In this document: positions 24,327 through 36,146 of the stretch, one piece after another | Layout of the letters: each line of letters starts with the position of its first letter | How positions within the stretch are numbered: position 1 is the stretch's first letter | DNA from: Eledone cirrhosa | Taxonomy: Eukaryota | Direction: 5' to 3' | Assembly: GCA_964016885.1 (NCBI GenBank) | Contig: OZ024755.1 | Coordinates: forward strand, 32,612,001-32,676,000 | Length of the DNA stretch: 64,000 nt | The notes under the pieces: model-generated | Databases searched by the model: none | Told to the model about the DNA's origin: nothing | The model's input: only the letters and a program-made list of their open reading frames with translations | Program-made: the position numbers and the translations under genes

Positions 24327-26688
24327 CACTGTTGGAGACACTCCTACCATTGTGTGTTGAGACTATATCTGAGTTGTCCACACCATCTGCAAGGTCGATA
24401 CAACTATCTGTATAGAATTCATGCTATCTACAATGGCTATTGATTAAACACACGCATCATGCTTTGTCTTTCATTACTTCATACACTGCTGGAGCACAAT
24501 CTGCACATTCACTACCTCGATCGACATACTAGAAATAGCAACGAAATTTCCCTCAAATCATATCCTAAAATCAAAAATAAAATATATATTTGTTTCTACT
24601 TTAGGCACAAGACCAGCAATAACCCAGTTCATTACTGGTACTTTATTTTATCGACCCCGTAAGGATGAAAGGCAAAGTCAATCTCGGCGGGATTTGAACT
24701 CAGATCGTAAAGGGACGTAACTATGCTGGAAAGCATGGCGTCCGACCCTCTACCGATACTGCCAATCCACCGCCTAAATATAGAATAAAAATAAAATATA
24801 TATTGTTTGACAAAAAGACAATGGTCGTGGCTAGAAAAAAAAACCTTTGGTTACTGGTCTGTTTGTTCAGTGATATGTGGGGTGACAGAGCTACTCTGTG
24901 GTAGCTCGAACAGCTTGAAATAGCAGTCAAATCTCCCTCAAGTTAAATTCTATCATTTTAAAAATAAGGAAAGGTCAAATTTCAAAACACATACATACAT
25001 ACTTTTCTCAAAATAATCGGATAGCTGCAAATAGTTATACTTATACATCTAATTGAATATATCACAGATTAACAGTGACATAGCTGCATGGCTTAACTCA
25101 ATCCCATTACTGCACTAGGGCTGGGTGAACACAACCACAAGGATATGGTCCGAATGTGGAAGAGCCAAACTCCCACTGTCATCACCCCCATCTCTCTAGC
25201 CATCCCCATCTGTCCATATGGTGAGCAAATGGGCCCCCCACGTGCTGGCCTCCCCACAGCTCCAGCGGACAGAATGGAGAAGGCGTTTACCCGGAGGATG
25301 GTCCTATCTAGACAGGATGGTCACATGACTGCTCAATCATGGCTGCCCTTGGGCCGAACCACTACAACTACAACTGCTACCATTACTACTAAAGAAATTT
25401 TCAAATCTTCCTCGAATTATCATCTTAAAAATAAGGAAAGGTAAAATATGGTCAAAATATGGTCCTACCGAGACAGGTTGATCACATGACTGCTCAATCA
25501 TGGCTGAACAACAACAGTAACAATAACTACTGCTATTACTGGCAGTATCGGTAGAGGGTCGGACACCATGCTTTCCAGCATAGTTACGTCCCTTTACGAT
25601 CTGAGTTCAAATCCCACCGAGGTTGACTTTGCCTTTCATCCTTACGGGGGTCGATAAAATAAAGTACCAGCAATGCACTGGGATAATTGCTGGCCTTGTG
25701 CCAAAAGTAGAAACAATTATTATTAACATTGGCAATATCAGTAGAGAGTCGGACGCCATGCTTTCCAGCATAGTTACGTCCCTTTACGATCTGAGTTCAA
25801 ATCCCACCGAGGTTGACTTTGCCTTTCATCCTTACGGGGGTCGATAAAATAAAGTACCAGTAATGCACTGGGTATTTGCTGGCCTTGTGCCTAAAGTAGA
25901 AACAACTATTACTACTACTAAAGACATTTTCCAACTTTAACCAGATTCCTTCAACTGACCACCATGGAACCAGGGAAGGAAATAAGATAAGGAGAAAACA
26001 TTATATAATTAAGAATGCCTATATTTTTTTCCATATTACTCTGGGTTGTCATTCAGCATTTACATTGATTTAGAGAGGTAATAAGGATAAGATTGACTAG
26101 CAGCATGCATAAGCAGCAGCTCTTGAGGAAAATAACTTTAATTTTGCTGATGACAGTTGCAAAGATTGGATACAGATAAAGAAGAAAAATAACACTTTAT
26201 CATTGAAAGAAGGAATCCAGTTGAATAGAGTGTGGTAGTAGTGGGGGTGTAGATGGAAAATTGAATTAGGAACAAAAAATAGTGAAGCTTTGCATTATTG
26301 TTACTTGATAGGCACTCAGTGATGGAGGGATATTTAAGGGAGGGAGAGAAAGTCAAAATATAAATACATACTTTCTGAGAAGACTTTTATAGTAAATATC
26401 TTTATCTTAAGTCAATAAAGGAAAGTAAAAAAACATAATTCAGCTGTTTCCTTGTCAAGAAATTTAGCGTGTATGTGTGTATTTGTGTGTGTGTGTATTT
26501 GTGTGTTTGTGTGAGAGTGTGTGTGAGTGTGTGAGAGTGTGTGAGTGCGTGTGAGTGTGTGAGTATGTGAGTGTGTGTGAGTATGTGAGTGTGTGTGGTA
26601 CAGCTCTTCTGATCCATGTTACTATAAATGTTAGTTTTCAGAAATATATATTTGATCGGTATTATTTGTAAATCTATGTTTCTCTGTG

Positions 26689-26728
<40 letters not shown>

Positions 26729-27357
26729 TACATATACATATACACATATATATATACATATACATATACATATATATGTATACACACATATATATATATA
26801 CATATATATATATACATACATATACATATATATACATATATATACATACATACATATACATATATATACATATATATACACATATATATACATATACATA
26901 TATACATATATATACACATATATATATGTATAGATATACATATATACATACATATATATGTATACATATACATACATATAGTTATACATATATACATATA
27001 TACATGTATATATATACGTATATATACATATATATATATACATACATCATCATCATTGTTTAACGTCTATCTTCCACACTACCATATATATATATATATT
27101 TGTGTACTCATACACAAATATACTTGTATATCAGTACACAGCTATTCTCTATGTTATGTAAGCTGAGGTTACAGAATTGTAAAGCATAATCACTAATTTT
27201 AAGAAATGATCTGTAATTCTGCCTTTACAGAAATTCAAGTAAATTTTAGCAATTTAAAAACTCCATTTTATTCTTAGCTAAAACATTGCTTCTCGGCATT
27301 TTAGCTGAGATCAAAGTGTAGTTTATATTTCCTCATCATCCTTCTTATCTGCCGTAA

Positions 27358-27680
27358 GGGCAGAGTTCTCAAGGAACTAGTGAAAGAGGCTAGATGCTAC
27401 TGGATAGATATAGTTGGGGCTTTCCTCAACAGAGTTCCATGGCTCTGATACTATAGATTTAGGTGGAGGATAGAGGGCAGAGTTCTCAAGGAACTAGTGA
27501 AAGAGGCTAGATGCTACTGGATAGATATAGTTGGGGGTTTCCTCAACAAAGTTCCATGGCTCTGATTCTATAGATTTGGGTGGAGGATAGAAAGTCCCCT
27601 ATTCAGGTGTGATGCCGGAAATGAGTGCAGAGGCGGCAGGAGTGGGGATAATAACAACCCCTCCCCTCTCCCAGCAGAAT
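27358..27680 (+). pseudogene. RTE (Expander-like) AP-endonuclease N-terminal fragment with a 117-bp tandem duplication
   Basis: With frameshifts: KELVKEARCYWIDIVG/LSSTKFHGSDSIDLGGG*KVPYSGVMPEMSAEAAGVGIITTP (APE motifs). Units start at 27358 and 27475. Confidence 0.7.
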
Positions 27681-27764
27681 GTGTTAACAATTTGAAAAAC
27701 TAAAATCATGATACATACGTACATACATTAATACACACATCTACATACACACACACACAAACAC

Positions 27765-27818
<54 letters not shown>

Positions 27819-28163
27819 GGAGAGAAAGCACATGCAGGGACATGGCTAAGTGGTTAGAGCATTGGCCTTGCAATCGAAAGGTTGTGAGTTCAATTCTCAG
27901 ACCGGGTGATGTGTTGTTTCCTTGAGCAAGCCACTTTATTTCACATTGCTCCAGTTTACTCAGCTGTAGAAATGAAATGATAGGGACTGGGGTCCCTATC
28001 ATTCCACTGCAAAGTGGTCGTGGAGGTGCCACGGCAAAAAAGCACCCAGCACTCACTGTAAATGAGGTTGGTGTTAGGAAGGGCATCCAGCTGTAGAAAT
28101 CAAGCCAGAATCAGTTCCCGTCCCACCCTTGCAAGCAGGGAAAAAGCGGACGTAAAATGATGA

Positions 28164-28212
<49 letters not shown>

Positions 28213-29000
28213 CAGTCGATCGACTTTCGTCAAATCGGACCGAGGAAACAATGTTTCCGGTGGTCTTTCCAGTTGCTAATACACTCTATCGGTTGCAACT
28301 CCAGGTAGAAGGAGCAACATGAAGTAAAGTGTCTTGCTCAAGGACATAACGCATCGCCTGGTTCGGAAATCGAACTCACAACCTTACGATTGCGAATCCA
28401 ATTCTCTTACCACTCAGTCATATGCTTTCATCATCAACATCACCATCATCATTTTCCATCCGCTTTTTCCCTGCTTGCAATGGTGGGACGGGAACTGATT
28501 CTGGCTTGATTTCTACAGCTGGATGCCCTCCCTAACACCAACCTCATTTACAGTGAGTGCTGGGTGCTTTTTTTGCCGTGGCACCTCCACGACCACTTTG
28601 CAGTGGAATGATAGGGGCCCCAGTCCCTATCATCTCATTTCTACAGCTGAGTAGAAAATGGCAATGTTCCAGCATGGCCTCAGACTATCGGCTGGAACAT
28701 GGAATAGAGTAATAGAATATACAATGTTGATAAAACTCCATTTTTCTCAAAGAATGTGTCTGCTCAAGAAAAATTAATACCAAGCTTTAATGCTTCTAAA
28801 AATCATTTGAGAGGAAAGTTACTTGGTAATATGAAATTAAAACTATTATTCAGGTATCATTCTTAAAATCCAAGGGTTTTCAAGGGCTATGCTAGGTTTA
28901 ATCTGCATGTGGTTTGTTGGCATTCAGTAAAAAAGAAGGTTTGTCACTTGTAGATGAAGACTTCCCTATCCTAATTGTAAATATAACACGGATATTAAAA

Positions 29001-29309
29001 GAGGAGTTTATAATGAGTTTAGTTCCTACACTGAGCTGTAAAAAAAGAAGTTTATAATGAGCTCAGTTTCTACACTGAGCTGTAGAAAGAGGAGTTTATA
29101 ACAAGCTCAGTTCCTACACTGAGCTGTAGAAAGAGGAGTTTATAACAAGCTCAGTTCCTACACTGAGCTGTAGAAAGAGGAGTTTATAACAAGCTCAGTT
29201 CCTACACTGAGCTGTAAAAAAAGGAGTTTATAACAAGCTCAGTTCCTACACTGAGCTGTAGAAAGAGGAGTTTATAACAAGCTCAGTTCCTACACTGAGC
29301 TGTAGAAAG
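29001..29309. repeat. 44-bp minisatellite (about 7 copies) with internal hairpin AGCTCAG-N8-CTGAGCT
   Basis: Unit GAGGAGTTTATAACAAGCTCAGTTCCTACACTGAGCTGTAGAAA. Confidence 0.9.
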
Positions 29310-30154
29310 GAAAAGGTGAAATATAAACATGAAATAACTTTGTATAATGTTTTATTAGAAGGTTAGCACAACGTGAATTGGTCATTAATTGCTAAAAATA
29401 TGATGATAACAAAGATATTAGGATGTTATTTTTCTATTGTGTATTGGTCCTTACATTTTGGATGAAAATTCCTTCATCAAAGAATAATTGTAAAAACTAA
29501 TTTTGGGTTGTATATTTTTTTTGTCAGTCTTAATGTTCAGTCCACATAGCAGTAGCCTTCTTATAAAACACTATTTTCTACACTTTACATAATGTTCCAA
29601 GCAAACTACAATGCTCTCTTAACTCTGAATACATTCTTCACCCCTCGAGTAGAATTTGATGATAATAAACTATAAAATAGAACATAACATCCCTTCATTT
29701 TCCCAGTAACTCCTCCATTATACCACCTCCTCTCACACAGCAGTGAACATCTTTTGTGTTGAAAATGTCCACTATTGCGATATTATAATACTTATTTAAT
29801 CCCTAATGCATTTCTCTTCAAATGTTTTATGTATACCCACTGTACTGTGTGTGTTTGAAAACTGTTATTTACATGCATGAAAATGCTTCTAGTATTTGTT
29901 TTCTTTTGGTTTGTTTCGTTTTTCTTTTCCTTTGAAAAAATTCCGTTGGAACACATCAGAGTATATATAACATAAGAGTCAACGGGAAAATTGGTTTCCA
30001 GTTACAGAATTCCACTTTTATGGCAAGATTTTCAGAAAAGCAATGCTTCAATAATGCGGGGGAAGTCTGTATTGGATGTAAAAGTAATTATGTATGTATG
30101 AATAATTTATAGGCAAGTATATTTGTGCACATGTGAATACATATGCATACACAA

Positions 30155-30203
<49 letters not shown>

Positions 30204-30919
30204 TGTGTATATATATATGTACGCATATGTATATGTATATATATATATGTATGTATGTGTATATATATGTATGTGTATATGTATGTATGTATATGTATTT
30301 ATATATATGTATGTATATGTATATATGTATGTATATGTATATATATATATATGTGTATGTATATATATATACATATACATACATATATATATATATATGT
30401 GTATGTATATATATATACATATACATACATATATATGTGTATGTATATATATATACATATACATACATATATATATATATACATATACATACATATATAT
30501 AAATACATATACATACATATATATGTATGTGTATATAGATGTAGGTGTATATATGTAAGTATATGTATGTAGGTAGGTATATGTATATATATATATATGT
30601 AGACATAAATGTATATTATATAAATATAAATATATATATATATATGTATATATATATATGTATGTATATATATATATATATATATAGAAATATATATGTA
30701 TGTATAGATATATATATATGTGTGTATGTGAGAATATGAATCTGCAGATAAATACATGCATATATAGATATTTACTGTTAATGAAATTTAGTCAGTGTGT
30801 ATATATTTTGTGTATGCTGTGTGTAGATTATACAAGCACATATTTATGAGTATATTTTGTTTTACAGTTTTCTGGTGGGAAGCAGCATAAGCATTAGTGT
30901 TGGGCTTATTCACACAGTT

Positions 30920-31619
30920 CATCATCATCATCATCATCATCAATGTTTAACGTCCGTGTTCCACGCTTGCATGGGTTTGGACGGGGGTTTTCCCACTTGA
31001 GGCAAGAGTGGTTGTCTTGCTCGCATAGGACTGTCTGGCGGGTTTTCTATGTCTGGATGCCCTTCCTAACACCAACCACATTTACAGTGTGGGGCTGGGA
31101 GGTTTTTACCGTGTTGCCTACACGGCCACATTACAGCGTGGACTGTCTGGCGGGTTTTCTACAGCTGGATGCCCTTCCTAACACCAACCACATTTACAGT
31201 GTGGGGCTGGGAGGTTTTTACCGTGTTGCCTACATGGCCACATTACAGCGTGGACTGTCTGGCGGGTTTTCTACAGCTGGATGCCCTTCCTAACACCAAC
31301 CACATTTACAGTGTGGGGCTGGGAGGTTTTTACCGTGTTGCCTACACGGCCACATTACAGCGTGAACTGTGTGGTGGGTTTTCTACAGCTGGATGCCCTT
31401 CCTAACACCAACCACATTTACAGTGTGGGGCTGGGAGGTTTTTACCGTGTTGCCTACACGGCCACATTACAGCGTGGACTGTCTGGCGGGTTTTCTACAG
31501 CTGGATGCCCTTCCTAACACCAACCACATTTACAGTGTGGGGCTGGGAGGTTTTTACCGTGTTGCCTACACGGCCACATTACAGCGTGGACTGTCTGGCG
31601 GGTTTTCTACAGCTGGATG
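30920..31619 (-). repeat. RTE 3' UTR with an internal 112-bp segment tandemly amplified about 5.3 times
   Basis: Units start at 31028, 31140, 31252, 31364, 31476 and 31588. (GAT)n tail at 30920-30942. Confidence 0.9.
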
Positions 31620-31786
31620 GTTGTATGTAGAAACCACTGTGCATATGAAACCTATGTATTTGATATATACATAACATATAGATGTACTTGGAGCAATATA
31701 TATATACACGCACATGAGCAGATCTTAAAACTACAATGATTAGGATGATAATGTATGTATGTATATATTATCATCATCGTCATAAT

Positions 31787-31839
<53 letters not shown>

Positions 31840-31841
<2 letters not shown>

Positions 31842-32010
31842 CGAAGGAAATGTGGTAAGGAACCAGGTGGACCATAACGCACCAAAGTACTCAATACTTA
31901 GGGTAGTAGGGCGGGTAATAGGAACCAGTAAGATCCCGACGGCTGAGCTCAAACCGTTTCGACGGCTAATTCTGGACTCAATTATTCTGTCCAGAATTAG
32001 CCGTCGAAAC
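31840..32010 (-). mobile_element. PLE-LTR-like remnant containing the 3' half of a hammerhead and a hairpin
   Basis: Minus strand: TTTCGACGGCTAATTCTGGAC..GTCCAGAATTAGCCGTC-GAAA-CGGTT..AGCCG-TC-GGGATC. Confidence 0.55.
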
Positions 32011-32917
32011 AAAGTGGTCGTGGAGGTGCCACAGCAAAAAAAAGCACCCATCATTCACTGTAAATGAGGTTGGTGTTAGGAAGGGCATCCAGCTGTAGAA
32101 ATCAAGCCAGAATCAGTTCCCGTCCCACCCTTGCAAGCAGGGAAAAGCGGACGTAAAATGATGATGATAACAGGAATCTACATTTGTTATGAGATTTCGA
32201 GTTGCAGACATGAGAACGTCTTAAAACCCAAATGGGGAGTGCCTTGAAAAAAAGTGCCCCAAAACAGGGAGAAATGAGGTAAAATGGGGAGATTTTTACA
32301 AAATTGTTTCTACTTTTGGCACAAGACCAGCAATTACCCCAGTGCATTACTGGTACTTTATTTTATCGACCCCGTAAGGATGAAAGGCAAAGTTAACCTC
32401 AGTAGGATTTGAACTCAGAATGGCAAGATTTTTACATAATGAAAGTTATACCCATTTTCACAAGAGAAGACATCTGTCACCCACTACAAAGTGAGTGGGA
32501 GATCATCCCATCAGATGGGGAAAGTTGTCAGGTTTGTAATTGGGGTCATGTTTTGTTAGATATTACAATCATTTTATGAAAATTTTTACTTAAAATTAAA
32601 AAAAATATTCACTATGTATAACATATAAATTTGTACCTGTATTTTCAAAAAATAAGACATTAATTCTTAATGATACAGTGTCTGTTGTAATAAGATGTTA
32701 CGACACAAGTTCCCTAAACTCTAAATAACTATCTCTGTTACTGACACAAAGCTAGAAATTTGTAATGAAAGTGTAGAGTTCATTGAATTGACTTTGGCAC
32801 CGTTTCATGTTGTCAACCTATATATAAATTTCTGCGATTCTGTCACAACATGTAAAGAGAGAGTGGTAGTTTGACTACCTCTTACTACTCCTCTCTCTTT
32901 ACATCTGCTGCCTGCAT

Positions 32918-33945
32918 GAATGTATGTATGTGTGTGTGTGAGTGTATACATGTGCGTGTGTGTTTGTGTGAATGTATGTGTATGTTAGTGTGAATGTATG
33001 TGTGTGTTTGTGTGAATGTATGTGTATGTTAGTGTGAATGTATGTGTATGTTAGTGTGAATGTATGTGTGTGTTAGTGTGAATGTATGTGTGTGTTTGTG
33101 TGAACGTATGTGTGCGAGTGTATAAATGTATGTGTGTGTTTGTGTGAATGTATGTGTGTGTTTGTGTGAATGTATGTGTATGTTAGTGTGAATGTATGTG
33201 TGTGTTTGTGTGAATGTATGTGTATGTTAGTGTGAATGTATGTGTGTGTTAGTGTGAATGTATGTGTGTGTTTGTGTGAATGTATGTGTGTGTTTGTGTG
33301 AATGTATGTGTGTGTTTGTGTGAATGTATGTGTGTGTTTGTGTGAATGTATGTGTATGTTAGTGTGAATGTATGTGTGTGTTTGTGTGAATGTATGTGTA
33401 TGTTAGTGTGAATGTATGTGTGTGTTTGTGTGAACGTATGTGTGCGAGTGTATAACCGTATGTGTGTGTTTGTGTGAATGTATGTGTGTTAGTGTGAATG
33501 TATGTGTGTGTTTGTGTGAATGTATGTGTGCGAGTGTATAAATGTATGTGTGTGTTTGTGTGAACATATGTGTGCGAGTGTGTGAATGTATGTGTGCGTT
33601 TGTTTGAACGTATGTGTGCGAGTGTATAAATGTATGTGTGTGTTTGTGTGAATGTATGTGTATGTTAGTGTGAATGTATGTGTGCGTTTGTTTGAACGTA
33701 TGTGTGCGAGTGTATAAACGTATGTGTGCGAGTGTATAAACGTATGTGTGCGAGTGTATAAATGTATGTGTGCGAATGTATAAATGTATGTATGTTTGTG
33801 TGAATGTATGTGTGCGTTTATTTGAACGTATGTGTGCGAGTGTATAAACGTATGTGTGCGAGTGTATAAATGTATGTATGTGTTTGTGTGAATGTATGTG
33901 TATGTTAGTGTGAATGTATGTGTGTGTTTGTGTGAATCTATGTCG
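32918..33945. repeat. Minisatellite of about 22 bp, GTGTGAATGTATGTGTGTGTTT
   Basis: Seen directly. Confidence 0.9.
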
Positions 33946-34227
33946 GTGTATATTTTTGTAAGCGTATCTTGTGTTTGTGCGTTTAGATTTATAGACTCAT
34001 ACATATAAATGTATGCATATGCACATACACACATGCACACAGATACACAAATGCGTCGGCGTATGGAAACAAATTCTAGTAAGAGATAAAAGGTAAAAAT
34101 TGTCACCAGTAAAGTTTTAGTGTAAAGTAGAGAAGCACAACACAAGATTAAAGGATGAAAGATGTTCAATAAAGCTCTCTATGGTTTTTATCACGGACAT
34201 TATCAACATCATTTGGATTGGCAGTAG

Positions 34228-35378
34228 GCGGTGGATTGGCAGTATCGGTAGGGGGTCGGACGCCATGCTTTGCAGCATAGATTTATGGCCCCTTACCACT
34301 ATGTAAAGCGGTGGATTGGCAGTATCGGTAGGGGGTCGGACGCCATGCTTTGCAGCATAGATTTATGGCCCCTTACCAATATGTAAAGCGGTGGATTGGC
34401 AGTATCGGTAGAGGGTCGGACGCCATGCTTTGCAGCATAGATTTATGGCCCCTTACCACTATGTAAAGTGGTGGATTGGCAGTATCGGTAGAGGGTCGGA
34501 CGCCATGCTTTGCAGCATAGATTTATGGCCCCTTACCACTATGTAAAGCGGTGGATTGGCAGTATCGGTAGAGGGTCGGACGCCATGCTTTGCAGCATAG
34601 AGTTATGGCCCCTTACCACTATGTAAAGCGGTGGATTGGCAGTATCGGTAGGGGGTCGGACGCCATGCTTTGCAGCATAGATTTATGGCCCCTTACCACT
34701 ATGTAAAGCGGTGGATTGGCAGTATCGGTAGGGGGTTGGACGCCATGCTTTGCAGCATAGATTTATGGCCCCTTACCACTATGTAAAGTGGTGGATTGGC
34801 AGTATCGGTAGGGGGTCGGACGCCATGCTTTGCAGCATAGAGTTATGGCCCCTCACCACTATGTAAAGCGGTGGATTGGCAGTATCGGTAGGGGGTCGGA
34901 CGCCATGCTTTGCAGCATAGAGTCATGGCCCCTTACCACTATGTAAAGTGGTGGATTGGCAGTATCGGTAGGGGGTCGGACGCCATGCTTTGCAGCATAG
35001 ATTTATGGCCCCTTACCACTATGTAAAGTGGTGGATTGGCAGTATCGGTAGAGGGTCGGACGCCATGCTTTGCAGCATAGATTTATGGCCCCTTACCACT
35101 ATGTAAAGCGGTGGATTGGCAGTATCGGTAGAGGGTCGGATGCCATGCTTTGCAGCATACAGTTATGGCCCCTTACCACTATGTAAAGCGGTGGATTGGC
35201 AGTATCGGTAGAAGGTTGGACGCCATGCTTTGAAGCATAGAGTTACCTCCCTGTATGATCTGAGTTCAAATCCCGCCGAGGTTAACTTTGCCTTTCATCC
35301 TTACGGGGTTGATAAAATAAAGTACCAGTAATGTACTGGGGAAATTGCTGGCCTTGTGCCAAAAGTAGAAACAATTAT
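34228..35378 (+). repeat. Tandem array of 12 x 80-bp SINE-A 5' heads, followed by one complete SINE-A
   Basis: Unit GCGGTGGATTGGCAGTATCGGTAG(A/G)GGGTCGGACGCCATGCTTTGCAGCATAG..ATGGCCCCTTACCACTATGTAAA. The B box occurs only at about 35262-35274. Confidence 0.9.
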
Positions 35379-35604
35379 TTAAGAGTGGTGGATTGGCAGA
35401 ATCAGTAGAGTGTCAGACACCCTGCTTTACAGCTTAGAGTTATGACCCTTTATGTTCTGAGTTCACATCCCACCGAGGTTAGTTTTGCCTTTCATCCTTA
35501 CGGGGTCGATAGAATAAAGCACCAGCAATGCACTGGAGTCGATTTAATCAACTTTCTCCTCTCCCCAAATTGCTGGCCTTGTGTCTAGAGTAGAAATCAT
35601 TCCC

Positions 35605-36146
35605 TTAGTCTTAGACTTAAACCTCATCCACAAGCATTAGACTTAGACTTAAACCACAACCCAAGCATTAGACTTAGACTTAAACCTCAACCACAAGACT
35701 TAGACTTAAACCACAACCCAAGCATTAGACTTAGACTTAAACCTCAACCACAAGACTTAGACTTAGACTTAAACCACAACCCAAGCATTAGACTTAGACT
35801 TAAACCTCAACCACAAGACTTAGACTTAGACTTAAACCACAAACCCAAGCATTAGACTTAGACTTAAACCTCAACCACAAGACTTAGACTTAGACTTAAA
35901 CCACACACCCAAGCATTAGACTTAGACTTAACCCACAACCCAAGCATTAGACTTAGACTTAAACCTCAACCACAAGACTTAGACTTAAACCACAAACCCA
36001 AGCATTAGACTTAGACTTAAACCACAAACCCAAGCCTTAGACTTAGACTTAAACCACAAACCCAAGCATTCGACTTAGACTTAAACCACAAACCCAAGCC
36101 TTAGACTTAGACTTAAATCTCAACCCTTAGACTTAAACCCCAACCC
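35605..36146. repeat. Compound minisatellite (TTAGAC)1-2 TTAAACC + ACAACCCAAGCA / TCAACCACAAGAC
   Basis: Two unit types alternate. Confidence 0.9.

Noticed and set aside
28210-28275. Minus-strand CTGGAAA...GAC-GAAA-GTCGATCGAC-TG, HHR-like
   Set aside because: The core and cleavage triplet are both non-canonical; at best a decayed relic.
34228-35200. CRISPR-like or tRNA-gene array
   Set aside because: Units are head-to-tail with no unique spacers and no cas genes. The heads are SINE-derived and lack a cloverleaf and B box.
35605-36146. Interstitial telomere
   Set aside because: The unit is TTAGAC/TTAAACC, not TTAGGG/CCCTAA.
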